Shown here: piece by piece, positions 25,334-38,294 of the stretch
Layout: each line of letters begins with the position of its first letter
Numbering within the stretch: position 1 is the first letter of the stretch
Source of the DNA: Rhizophagus irregularis
Lineage: Eukaryota
Direction: 5' to 3'
Assembly (NCBI RefSeq): GCF_026210795.1
Contig: NC_089436.1
Location: 806,001 to 870,000 of the forward strand
Length of the DNA: 64,000 nucleotides
Notes under the pieces: model-generated
The model's database searches: none
What the model was told of the DNA's origin: nothing
Seen by the model: only the letters and a program-made list of their open reading frames with translations
Made by a program: the position numbers and the translations under genes

Positions 25334-26729
25334 TATGTTAAAGATAACAACTGTACTACAACCAGATGCTGAGTCTAAAAGGCACTTCGCTTCTGATCCT
25401 GTAATAAATCAGCTTATAAATGGAGCAACTAGTGATAACATAAACATCAAGTCAATAAAGAAAAGGAAGACAGACGTTTTCTTAAATGAAGTGTATAAGA
25501 AAAGTGTTAGTAATAAGATTAAGCAAAAGAATAAGAAAAAGAAATTATTGCATGAATTAGTTATCCAGAACTCATCTTCTGTAATGAAGGACAAAAAATT
25601 TCAATTATATAAAGTGGAGAATATTGTACAGAATGTGTTTAATTTTACAACCACTTCGACATCTAAGAAAAATCATATAACTGAAATTTTTATAACGGCC
25701 TATCATAAAAAATCTGATACCAAAATATATTGTATAATCTAGCTTACTTAATACAAGAAGCATGGAATGTGAAAGATGAAGCAATTTGAGCTAATCAAAA
25801 AGAATTATTGTACTGGTATTCTTATATTATAGAATTTGATAAAAAAACTGTAGAGTTTATAAATAGGTATAAAGTTGTTAATAAAAAAACAAAAGGTATT
25901 ATTTATAACAATCTTATTAAACTTTTTCCTTTTGATACTAAACGTAATACAATACTAAAACTAACTCATAGAGCCAGAAGTATATACAAATTATTTGAAA
26001 AAATAGAAATTGATAAAATTAAGTATATTACAACATATAATTAGTGTTCTGAACGGATTGAATCAGATCAGATTTGAGATGAATCCGATCTGATCTGAAT
26101 TCGGATCAAAAAAAGTTGGATTTGATCCGATCTGAATTCAGATCAAAAATAATTGGATCCGATCTGATCCGAATCCGAAACGAGCTTGATTCGATTCGGT
26201 CTGAATCCAATTCAGATAAAACCGATCCGGTCCGAATCTGATCTGAATCAGAAGTTAAAAAAACGTTTTGCAATGTTTTTTTAAAGATTTATTTAATAAA
26301 AAACGTTGCGAAATGTTTTTTATTTCAATTTAAACGAAAAAAACCTGTTGCAAAATGGTTTTTTAACGAATTTAATAAAAACCGTTGCGAAATGGTTTAT
26401 TTAACTAAAAAAACTGTTTTGCAACGTTTTTTTAAAATATTTTAATATAAACCATTGCGAACCAGTTTATTTAACTAAAAAGAACTGTTTCGCAACAGTT
26501 TTTTTAAATTGTTTTAGTATAAACTGTTGCGAACCGGTTCTTTTCAGTTAAATAAACCATTTCGCAACGGTTTACTAATTATTTTAATATAAACCGTTGT
26601 GAAACGGTTTATTTAATTAAAAAGAACCATTTCGCAATGGTTTTTTAAAATATTTTAATATAAACCGTTGCGAAATAGTTTATTTAACTAAAAAGAACTG
26701 TTTCGCAACGGTTTATTTAACTAAAAAAA

Positions 26730-27567
26730 CCATTTCGCAACGGTTTATTTAACTAAAAAAACCATTTCGCAACGGTTTATTTAACTAAAAAACCATTTCG
26801 CAACGGTTTATTTAACTAAAAAACCATTTCGCAACGGTTTATTTAACTAAAAAACCATTTCGCAACGGTTTATTTAACTAAAAAACCATTTCGCAACGGT
26901 TTATTTAACTAAAAAACCATTTCGCAACGGTTTATTTAACTAAAAAACCATTTCGCAACGGTTTATTTAACTAAAAAACCATTTCGCAACGGTTTATTTA
27001 ACTAAAAAACCATTTCGCAACGGTTTATTTAACTAAAAAACCATTTCGCAACGGTTTATTTAACTAAAAAACCATTTCGCAACGGTTTATTTAACTAAAA
27101 AACCATTTCGCAACGGTTTATTTAACTAAAAAACCATTTTGCAACGGTTTATTTAACTAAAAAACCATTTTGCAACGGTTTATTTAACTAAAAAACCATT
27201 TTGCAACGGTTTATTTAACTAAAAAACCATTTTGCAACGGTTTATTTAACTAAAAAACCATTTTGCAACGGTTTATTTAACTAAAAAACCATTTTGCAAC
27301 GGTTTATTTAACTAAAAAACCATTTTGCAACGGTTTATTTAACTAAAAAACCATTTTGCAACGGTTTATTTAACTAAAAAACCATTTTGCAACGGTTTAT
27401 TTAACTAAAAAACCATTTTGCAACGGTTTATTTAACTAAAAAACCATTTTGCAACGGTTTATTTAACTAAAAAACCATTTCGCAACGGTTTATTTAACTA
27501 AAAAACCATTTCGCAACGGTTTATTTAACTAAAAAACCATTTCGCAACGGTTTATTTAACTAAAAAA
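26730..27567. repeat. 31-bp minisatellite, 27 units (CCATTTYGCAACGGTTTATTTAACTAAAAAA)
   Basis: Head-to-tail units without spacers: 13 C-type, 11 T-type, then 3 C-type. Confidence 0.95.
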
Positions 27568-27759
27568 CCATTTCGCAACGGTTTTTTTAACGATTTTAAT
27601 ATAAACCGTTGCGAAATGGTTTATTTAACTAAAAAGAACCGTTTCGCAACGATTCTTTTAATTATTTCAATATAAACCGTTGCGAAATGGTTTATTTAAC
27701 TGAAAAGAACCATTTCGCAACAGTTCTTTTAATTGTTTTAATATAAACTGTTGCGAAAC

Positions 27760-28130
27760 GGTTTATTTAATTAAAAAGAACCATTTCGCAACGGTTTATT
27801 TAATTAAAAAGAACCATTTCGCAACGGTTTATTTAATTAAAAAGAACCATTTCGCAACGGTTTATTTAATTAAAAAGAACCGTTTCGCAACGGTTTATTT
27901 AATTAAAAAGAACCGTTTCGCAATGGTTTATTTAATTAAAAAGAACCGTTTCGCAATGGTTTATTTAATTAAAAAGAACCGTTTCGCAACGGTTTATTTA
28001 ATTAAAAAGAACCGTTTCACAACGGTTTATTTAATTAAAAAGAACCGTTTCGCAACGGTTTATTTAATTAAAAAGAACCGTTTCGCAATGGTTTATTTAA
28101 TTAAAAAGAACTGTTTCGCAACGGTTTTTT
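27760..28130. repeat. 33-bp minisatellite, about 10-11 units (CCRTTTCGCAACGGTTTATTTAATTAAAAAGAA)
   Basis: Tandem units related to the 31-mer. It produces the spurious repetitive ORF 27923-28132. Confidence 0.9.
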
Positions 28131-28472
28131 AAATTGTTTTAATATAAACCGTTGCGAAATAGTTTATTTAACTAAAAATAACCATTTCGCAACGGTTTTT
28201 TATTGTCTTAATAAAAAATATTGCGCAAAATGTTTTTTATTTTCTAAGATTCAGATCCGATCTGGATCTGATCCGATTTGAATGAATAACTGATCCGATT
28301 CAATTCGATCTGAAATGGATCAAATTTTTTTGATTCGGATCGGATCACGGATCATAAAAAAGCTGATCCGATCTATTTCAGATCAGATCCGCGGATACGA
28401 ATTAGATCAGATTTTTTTCAGAACACTACATATAATGCAAATTCTGTATCAAAATTATTTGATAGTCAAATT

Positions 28473-30011
28473 CACTGGTCAGAATAGTCCATTTCGGCAA
28501 AATTTTAAATTGCCGAATGTTGGACGAAATTTGGTCTGACCTTAACCAATCAGTACCAAAAAAATCGGCAACTAATTTTATAAACGATTTGCACTGTAAC
28601 GCCTGCCACTTGTCAACAAATCGATCAGTAAAATTGGCAACAAATCGGTAAAATCAAATTGACGATTGTTAATAAACCTAATAATTATTACTGATTTTTG
28701 TACATTTAGCTGATTTTAATTTTTATAATAACAATTTATTGATTAAATTTTATTAATTCATTTTATTAAAAATTGCATATTAAATTATTATCTATCTATC
28801 ATTTATATACACCATTTACCATCCACCATCCATCATCCACCCATAATCTTCACCTGACCTGATAAAAATCTGAAGAAAACTACGAGAAAATGGCCAATAA
28901 CTCATTTTTTAAATAAAAAAATTGGGTTTGAAAGAAATTTACCCAATCTAATAAAATCCGAAGGGGAAACTTACAAAAAAAGTAAAGAAATGGTTGGTTA
29001 ACCATTTCTTTTAATAAAAAAAATGAAGTTTCAAAAATTTTTTGAAACTTTACCTGGAATATCAGTATCCACACTGGAACCGATTTTCTATAAAAAAAAA
29101 ATATAAAAAAATCATTTTTTAGCTAAAAACGTTTTTTTTAAGTAAGTTTCGAAAATCTATCGAAACATTACCTAAGGAAATGGTAGAACTGATTCCCTAC
29201 AAAAGAAAATAAAAAAAAATGTTAATATAACGTTTTTTTTAATAGTTTTGAATTTTTTTCGAAACTACTTAATGGGATTCAGTATCTAAGTCAGAACCGT
29301 TTCCCTACAATAAAATAATAATAAAAAAATGTTAATAAACGTTTTTTTTTAAATAGTTTTGAATTCTTTTTCAAAACTAACCAATGGGATTTGGTATTCA
29401 CGCCGGAACCGATATCCCTACAAAAAAAATAAAAAAAACGTTAAAATTAACGTTTTTTATTAAAGTTTCAAAATTGTTCAAAACTTGCCTTTGGGATTCG
29501 GTATTCACGCTGGAACTGAATTCCTATATAAAAATAATAAAAAAAAAACGTTTTTAATATAAAAACGTTTTATTAAAGAAAGTTTCGAAATTTTTTTTTG
29601 AAACTTATCTTTGGGATTCGGTATCCACGCTGAAACCGAATTCCTATATAAAAATAATAAAAAAAAAACGTTTTAATACAAAAACGTTTTATTAAAGAAA
29701 GTTTTAAAATTCTTTTTTTGAAACTTATCTTTGGGATTCAGTATCCACGCTGGAACTGATATCCCTATATAAAAAATAATAAAAAAAAAACGTTTTTAGT
29801 ATAAAAACGTTTTTATTAAAAAAAGTTTCAAAATTTTTTTTTGAAACTTATCTTTGGGATTCGGTATCCACGCTGGAATTGAATTCCTATATAAAAATAA
29901 TAAAAAAAAAACGTTTTTAATATAAAAACGTTTTATTAAAGAAAGTTTTGAAATTCTTTTTTCGAAACTTATCTTTAGGATTTGGTATCCATGCTGGAAC
30001 CAATATCCCTA
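28473..30011. mobile_element. Truncated transposon end (CACTG terminus, CMC/CACTA-like) with ~120-bp subterminal tandem repeats
   Basis: Begins CACTGGTCAGAATAG exactly where the host ORF breaks. About 8 units containing GGGATTCGGTATCCACGCTGGAAC lie between ~29000 and 30010. The other end was not found. Confidence 0.55.
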
Positions 30012-31426
30012 TAATTATTTATATAAAAATAATAAATTTATACTAGATAATGCAAAAAAAACTAATTAATTATATAATTTTTAATTTTTTTTTAATATAA
30101 GATATCATTAAAATTTAAAAGTTCAAATATAACTCTCATGACAAAATCATTAATAATTTTTTGTAGAAATAAGCTATATAAATAAATTTATATTCATTTG
30201 AAAAAAAAAATCAAGATCTATCTAATGAATCTAAAATTAAGTGAATTGAATCACTAGTTGTTCAGTAATCACGTTCAGTATATTTATTGAATTTTATCTA
30301 AATTTGATTATTAATTACTTCACATGTAGTGATTCAATTTGAATGATCTTTGCTTTCTAAGATGATGCCAACTTTTATCTTTAAAATAAATTTAAAATAA
30401 TTTGTTTAATATATATATGTAGATATTCAGGAATCATCAATTATATTATTAATATAAAATTTTATAAATTTAATAAAATCTAATATAAAAAAATTTATTA
30501 AATACTTGTAAATGTAAGCTACATGAATGAAATTATATTCATTTGAAAGAGAAAATTGAGGTCTATCTAATAAGCCTAAAATCAAATAAATTGAATCACT
30601 GGATTGTGAATAATTATGTCCAACTAATATATTTATTTTTAATTTTTAAATTTGATTCGATTTTAATTGTACGCCTCATCCAGTAATCCAATTTTCCTGA
30701 TCTTTAATTCTTACAATAGAGCAAATTCTCAGCTTTCAAATAAATGTAAAATGATAATGTTAGCATATCTCCAGAAATAATAATATATGATTTTGTCACT
30801 TGCATAAAGTCCAATCTGAAAATTTTATTTCTTAGTAAAAAATGCTTTCATAAGAGAATCCCAAATTCTTTTACTTTATTTAAAAGATTTTATTTGCTAT
30901 TTAAGGATTTTAATAGAATAAATCTAATAAAATAATTTTAAAAGATAAAAAACAAATATATAATTAGTTATTTTTTTAAAAAAAGAATATCTTATTATTT
31001 ATTTTACAACTATTTTACATTATAATTATTTTTTATTTACATGTATTTTTTACAAAGAAAAAACAATAAATTAAAACTAAAAATTATGAAAAAATGTCTT
31101 TTCTATATATATAAAATATTAAGTTTTTTCTTTTACTTACCACTTAAAAATAACTGCTATATATTCTTATAAACTTTTTTGTCATATTTAATAAAAGTGA
31201 ATAAAAAAATGATGGAAAAGTAATGGATAGTGATGGGAAAAAAAAAGTGGTTATTACTGTTATTTTTGAATATTGATTAAAAAAATTTTTTTATTTTTTA
31301 TTAAATCTGAGTTACATAAATATGTAACACATATTTAATTTAGATTTATGTAATGTTTAATCTTACTAAAATATTAAATTTTTATTATAAAAATCTTAAT
31401 TTAAACTAATTTCAAAAATTTGCACA
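30012..31426 (-). mobile_element. Inverted second copy of the 1.47-kb element, truncated by about 60 bp at its inner end
   Basis: Reverse complement aligns with 23862-~25272 along its length. Ends ...TTTGCACA|TA. Confidence 0.9.
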
Positions 31427-31517
31427 TATAAGAAGAATGTTTTTTATTATTACTTTCTGTTTCAGTAATTTTCCAATGCTTCCAAACTTTTCTTTTCTTT
31501 TTTCCCATAATTGCAAG

Positions 31518-32274
31518 TATAGTTGTTTCCGAAATTCAATTGGCAAATCCGAAATCCGAAATTACGAAATCATAATTAATTATGTAATTACGTAATTAAT
31601 TACGTGTTACGAAATTAATTACGTATTCCGAAATTCCAAAATTTGCATAATAGTGCGAAATTGCGAATATCTCAGGATCTAGTGATCAGATTTCGATGAT
31701 CTTACTACCATTCGATTCGTCGCATCGAGACGAATCTAATGATATGTGTTTCATTTCTATAGCACCGATATTGATGGAGTAAAATTACTATAAACATTTA
31801 ATGAATTTTGGTGTCGGATCACGATCTAGTGATTAGATTTGAATAAATTTACCACCATTCGATTCGTCATGACGAGACGATTCTAATGGCGGTAAGATCA
31901 TCTTTCTAGCATTGAAATTGGCGGAGCTATTACGCTATAAATATTTAAAAGTTATTGGTATCGGAGCGCGATCTAGTGATTGGATTTAATTGATCTTACT
32001 ACCATTAGAATCGTCTTATCGACACGAATCAAATGGTAGTAAGATCATCCAAAACGGATCACTGGGTGCCGAGTTATTATTTGTTAAAGTTTTTATATAT
32101 AAATCGGCCAAAATTAAGGCTAATTCTGGCCAAATATTTTCGTAATACGAAATTAATTACGGAGTCCGAAATTAATTACGGAATACAGAGTTTTTCTAAT
32201 GAATTACTTAATAATTACAGAATTACGTAATTACGTATTTCCGTAATACTAAAATAATTTCGGATACAAGTATA
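31518..32274. mobile_element. MITE (757 bp) with 8-bp TSD and three 147-bp internal palindromic units
   Basis: TIR TATAGTTGTTTCCGAAATT/AATTTCGGATACAAGTATA. TSD ATTGCAAG (31510-31517 and 32275-32282). Subterminal ATTACG repeats. Confidence 0.85.
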
Positions 32275-35200
32275 ATTGCAAGAATTTTTTTTAAAAATTA
32301 TGTAAAAAAAAAATATATTAAAAAAAAGAAAAAAAGATTATCAAGTTATACAAGATATAAATTATAAAATAAATCTATACCATTTTTTGCCAAATTATAA
32401 TTAAAATTACATGACTTAAATTCTGCATTTTTATTGGTTAATTTAAAGTAATGGTTAATTAACCATTTTAAACTAATTATAAGTAATATAATTAACGATT
32501 AATTAACATCCATCCCTAGTTCAGACTCTACAATCAGAAATATAATAATGGTGACTTAGTTATTGCACAAAATCTACAAAATCTGATTTACTGATCTGTA
32601 CTTCATCTCATGATTTATCAAAACTTACCAACTCCTGAAACTCTTCTAAAACTATTGAAGAACTAGCAGAGAACTAGGGAAGATTTCATGTAATATGATA
32701 TACAATATGAAAATGGAACAAACGAAACAGATATTTTAAAATAGCAATATTATTTGAAAATATGAATGAACTTAATAACAATTATGATTATTATTAGTTC
32801 ATTAGTAATATAGAAAGTAAAATAAAAAAAAAAAGATGGAAATAGATTTGCCATCCCACTATGCAGAATTCCTGAAAGTTGTATTCAATAATTTTAATGC
32901 AGAAATTATTGATGATAAATTATTTATTAAGGTAAGTACTATCCTATGATAATTTTACACTCATTCACATTCTTATTTATTTATACGTAATTTAGTATGA
33001 TAATATGACAAAAGAGGATATTCATTTTGAATTGAAGAATTTACTTAAGCAACAATTAACAGAATGGAAATTTTCAATCAATATGATATGTGTCGTTATT
33101 AGAAATACATATAAACTTGATGTAGGCAGATGGCTTATTTTCCCAATGGTTGGTCAAAAACATAGACCAATCAAAAATAAATGCCTAACATCCAGGCTGT
33201 AGATTAAAGTAATGCATAATTTATGAGCTAAATGTGTATTTCTTAAGGTCTTATTAAATTTATTAAAATATTTAATTGCAGATTTACACAAATAATCCTG
33301 ATGATTGTGATTATGCTTTAAATAAAATTAAGTCTTTATTATCAGTATTATGTATAAGGTTAGTTACTATAAGTAATGATTATTATATATCAAATTACAA
33401 CCTTTAGCAGTTGTAATATTATAAATATAAGCTGTAAATTGGCTGTAAATACTACATCATTATGATTAACTAAAAGATGGTAATTCTGATTTACAACTGT
33501 TATATTTACTTGATTTTTGAACTTACAACTATTTATGGAGACTAATACTAGTTATGTAACACTGAGTTTGTCATAATCACTATTCTAATAATGGAAAATG
33601 CAATTTGTGTAAATCCCTGGCCAAAAGGTTGTATAACTCTAGTATATGCAGTCAGAATTGGCATTAATAATTGACTAGTAAGAGCCACTTATATTGATCA
33701 TTGGCCAGTAAATTCTAGTTACCAAACTTTTTTTAATTGGTATCATACTAGATAGAATCAGTATATTACTTTTGAATATGATATAAGGATTTATTTTAAT
33801 AATATACTCAATCAATTGACATAAAAAAGAAAATTTCTTTTATATCTATAATATTGCTTTAACTTCTGCTATATTATATAGACTTTCTATTAATTTATTG
33901 TAAAATTAGTGTAAACTCTATCTATTTGATCACCAAGTTAAAAAAATAAAGTTTCTTACATTTGCTTACTGCTTACATTTTTTGTCTATTTATGGTATAT
34001 GATATATCAAAATAATGATAATAAATTTGACAAAATGATCAATATTACTTATTCATTATTTGTGCCAATATAGTAAGTATAAATTTTATGTAATGAATTT
34101 TTTTCCTCATTAAAAAGAAATGAATGCTACCATAAAGTATATAAGGATTGAATTGGATGCTAAGTCTATAAATAGTATTGATAATTAATCAGCAAGAAGT
34201 CAAAATATTAGTATACAGCCATTTCTTCCTAATCTTTAAAGCTAAAAAGACTTACACATTATTTATAGAAATAGAGACAAGTAGAATCCAAACAGTGTTT
34301 TATGAATTATGTATTAATATTCTTAGTACTGTTACATTCATATGAAATAAAAGAAATTATTGAGATTTAACTCATCAATATGGAGGTCTTTTTTTAAAAG
34401 TAAAAGTGATTTTAAAGATCTAATTTTAAGTAATGGTGAGAATATGAATTATTACATATATAAGTACTATTTTAATATTTACAGCATAACATATACATGA
34501 TTGAATATTTTAAGATAATTCCTTTAATATGTCTCCAATTCTTCAGATGATTCCTCTGAAATCGATTTAAATCACCTCATTTTGTCGACTAATTTGTAGG
34601 GCTAATCCAAATAAGATGGAATGCCTTTATCAATATACTATTGAACATGGGCTTGATCTTAAGAAATTCTTAATTGTTATTAAAGCTGAGAAAAAAAAGA
34701 TGGGCTACACTAATCTTCTGTGATAACTTGAGAATTTTATTGTAAAATAATAGAGAGAAAGGAAAATCCTAAGAAATATCATAAATTTCTAACAGATCAT
34801 AAAAGGATAATTGGTAAAGAGCTGTTATGTCATAATATTTTAAAGTACCATTTAAGCACTGCATGATTTGATGTGTAGTTGGTATTGGGTATATATGATT
34901 TATCAAGTAAACCGCATTTTATTATAGAACTTTCTGAAAATTTCTGATATATCTTTTATTATATAATTCTAAATTACTATACATCCTGATTTATCTGCAG
35001 ATTGTAAGATAGAGCGTCATTAAAAAGAAATTTAAAAATGGAAATAAAGCTGATTAAAATCTATGATTTACAGATCTTCAGATAAACGGTAATTTTTATT
35101 ATTTTATAGTAGGTTAATTATGTATTAATCTGTTTTTTCAATATGTAATTCGTTATCTACAGATCTTGATTCATGATAAACAAATATTTTAATTTTTTGT

Positions 35201-36161
35201 AATTATTATGATTGAAATAGGGGTTATGAACTTAAACAAAGATACACCACATGTGATTTTCTGTTTCGTAAGAGATTTTAGAAATAAATGGAAAATTTTG
35301 AGACACAGCATTATTCCATTAGTATTATATTAAGTTGTCATAAAACCATAATTTGTCAGATTTATTTTAAACATTATTGTTAAATATGCCTCAAATTTAG
35401 GGGAAAAAATTTGTTATTATTAAACGGGATTCAGGCTGTTACTATTACTTTAGCTGAAAAATATAATTATGAAAAATGTAATTATGACAAATACATATAA
35501 TAAAGCAAAATAATTTTTATTAAATCAGATTAAATTTTCTTTTCATGTGTAGTAAGCAAACAGTATAAACCAAACCTTTTTTTCAGCGTATTTTACACAA
35601 TAAAATTGCATATTAAAAAAAATCAATCATTAATATCTAAAAAATTTAATTCACTAATAATCTCTTAATAAAATTACATATCAATTTACCTAATCATGTC
35701 CAGTTTGTCATTATTTAACTCTTCAGAAGTCATGCCTTTTTTAACTTTAACCGCTGTTTTTTTGTTCATTGATCTAGTGTTATTTATAGGTAATCAAATA
35801 TCAAACAAAAAGTCTCTGATAAACTCTATGTATGTACCATTGAAATTATTGACAATTTTGATACACCAGAAATAGAAAAGACCTTTACTGAATTTAACAA
35901 TAAGCTCACAACAAAAGTTAACACAAGTATTTCCAATTTTAAATCCATATTCATTATAAAAATTAGCAAAATTTATGCTAAAATCAATGGTAAATTTACT
36001 GTAGAAGTTGAAAAAACAAGGCATGTGATGATAATTTTACTAAAAAAATGCAAAAAATTTTGAATGACATAACTACAAAAGTTAATAATATTGAAAAAGC
36101 CTGCCATAATGAATTTGGCAGAATTAATATTATTATTAAAAATCTCTAAAATAAAATAAAT

Positions 36162-36666
36162 CCCTATAAAAAGTATTTATATTTAAAATATAATTAAAAA
36201 CTTTTTAAAATATATTTAAATTATACTTAAAATATATTTAATTTAAAAATTGCGAAATACTTATAATATACTTAAAATGTATTTAAAATTATCTTAAAAT
36301 ATATTTATAATATATTTAATTTTTGCCAAAATACTTAAAATATACTTAAATTATACTTAAATCAAAATTTAAGTATATTATAGATATATTTTTTACATAC
36401 TTAAAATATACTTATAATATATTTTATAATATATTTTAAGTATATTTTAAATACATAAAAAATATACTTATAATAGTCTTATAATATACTTAAATTTTAA
36501 TTTAAATATAATTTAAATATATTTTAAGTATATGGGCAAAAATTAAATATATTAGACATATGTTTTAAGATAATTTTAAGTATATTTTAAGTATTTTGCA
36601 ATTTTTAAATTAAGTATATTTTAAATATATTTTAAATATATTTTAAGTATAATACTTTTTATAGAG
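36162..36666. mobile_element. AT-rich foldback MITE with 3-bp TSD
   Basis: AAT|CCCTATAAAAAGTATT ... AATACTTTTTATAGAG|AAT. Arms are built of TATACTTAAAA-type repeats and the element is self-complementary over most of its length. Confidence 0.75.
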
Positions 36667-37126
36667 AATTAATTAACATTACGCAGTAGTTTAAAGAATT
36701 GAATTTGATCAATAAAGTATAACTAATAATTCTGAAGCTAAATTGAGAAATTCAGGAGACTCTATCTCAGCAGCTTCAACTATTCATCTTCAAGCTCTTC
36801 TTCTTCTGGAAATTCCAATTTATCTGAAATTTTAAATATTACTTTAAACATTAAAATTTGCTTTAAATAACACTTTGATCAACTTATAAAAGTAAGAAAT
36901 TATACTTTTGATGAGATGTGCTTCTCAGTAATAATTAATATTTGTAATTTTGGAGGAAATATTAAGATTTCAACAGTGAAAATTTTTTATAATGGTGTTA
37001 GTGGTAGTAAAGTTAGCACAATTAATTGCCAGTCTGCCACTCAACAGTACAAAATGATTGGCAATCTATAATTAATTTTGACAGACTTTTATATATTAAA
37101 TACTATTGCTTTGGAATGGTGTTTGT

Positions 37127-38294
37127 TAGAGTTTCGAACGGGTTAGGTCAACCCAGGTGATCTGACAGGTTAACCTGAAAAATTTAGGTTGGGTAGCAAA
37201 TTTAATGACCTGACCTCAGGTCAGGTCAGTCACAAGTCGGGTACCTGACCTGACCCGTTGATCCGATATATTTTGGGACAATAAAAGACGTTTTGGCATT
37301 TTTTATATATAAAAAATGCCAACCCATTTTTTTTGACCTGAATCTGACGTTTGTTCATAAAAATAATAATAATAAACGTCTTTTTTTAATGAAAAAATGC
37401 TGAACCCAACGTTATTTCATTAAATAAATCAAAAAAACATTTTTTTAATAAAAAAACGCTGAACCTGACATTATTTCATTAAATGAATGAAAAAAAACAT
37501 TTTTTAATGAAAAAAATGCTGAAACTGATGTTATTTCATTAAATGAATAAAAAAACGTTTTTTTAATGAAAAAATGCCGAACCTGACATTATTTCATTAA
37601 ATGAATGAAAAAAAACATTTTTTAATGAAAAAACGCCGAACCTGACGTTATTTCATTAAATGAATGAAAAAAAACGTTTTTTAATGGAAAAAATGCTGAA
37701 CCTGACGTTATTTTATTAAATAAATCAAAAAAATGTTTTTTTAATGAAAAACGCCGAATCTGATGTTATTTCATTAAATGAATAAAAAAACGTTTTTTTA
37801 ATGAAAAAACGCTGAACCTGACGTTATTTTATTAAATGAATAAAAAAACATTTTTTTAATAAAAAACGTATAACCTAACGTTATTTCATTAAATAAATCA
37901 TAAAAAGACATTTTTTTAATGAAAAAAAGCTGACCTGACATTTTTCATTAAATGAATCAAAAAAACGTTTTTTTTTAAACATTAACGAGTCAGATCAGGT
38001 ATCCAACCCGATCTGATATAAAAAACATTTTGGCATAATCTAATATGTAAAAAAATACCAAAACGTTCTTTTTCACAAAATAATTGTAAAAAAAAACGTT
38101 TAGAGTTTTTTCTTATAATTTGATATATAAAAAACGCTGAAACGTTTTTTTTGATCTAAAATATCAGGTCAACGGGTCAGATCAGATACCCAAACTGACC
38201 TGTGATATTTGGATCGGGTTGTCAAATTCGTGACTCCTCCTCGGTCAGGTTAAGTCAATTACCCAACCCTACTCCGACCCGTTGCTGTGTTTCA
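37127..38294. mobile_element. Non-autonomous hAT-like element with ~60-bp internal tandem repeats
   Basis: TAGAG start, near-perfect 8-bp TSD GTGTTTGT/GTGTTTGC, and subterminal GACCTGA/GACCCG repeats. About 10 units of AACCTGACGTTATTTCATTAAATGAA at 37370-37980. Removal restores a reading frame (IALEWCLHYLKNTLQQYKYF...). Confidence 0.75.

Larger units (their letters stand above)
26042..28428. mobile_element. Non-autonomous hAT-like element with internal minisatellites
   Basis: Perfect 12-bp TIR TAGTGTTCTGAA/TTCAGAACACTA. Perfect 8-bp TSD CATATAAT (26034-26041 and 28429-28436). Subterminal GATCCGA/GATCTGA repeats at both ends. Confidence 0.9.
23501..28472 (+). pseudogene. Coiled-coil high-copy Glomeromycotina-type gene, split by nested transposon insertions
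   Basis: MQSTDLLRELNAKLLTEIAKLRKK..., then ANQKELLYWYSY...RARSIYKLFEKIEIDKIKYITTYN, resuming as ANSVSKLFDSQI after the 26042-28428 insertion. Contains several stops and frameshifts. Confidence 0.7.

Noticed and set aside
26730..28130. CRISPR-like array of 31-33-bp repeats
   Set aside because: The units are head-to-tail with no unique spacers, there are no cas genes, and the array lies inside a TIR/TSD-bounded eukaryotic transposon.
27923..28132. Repetitive ORF (VYLIKKNRFA)n
   Set aside because: It is a by-product of a 33-bp repeat whose length is divisible by three.
29000..30010. Repeat-spacer-like array of GGGATTCGGTATCCACGCTGGAAC
   Set aside because: The intervening sequences are homologous to each other, so this is a ~120-bp tandem repeat.
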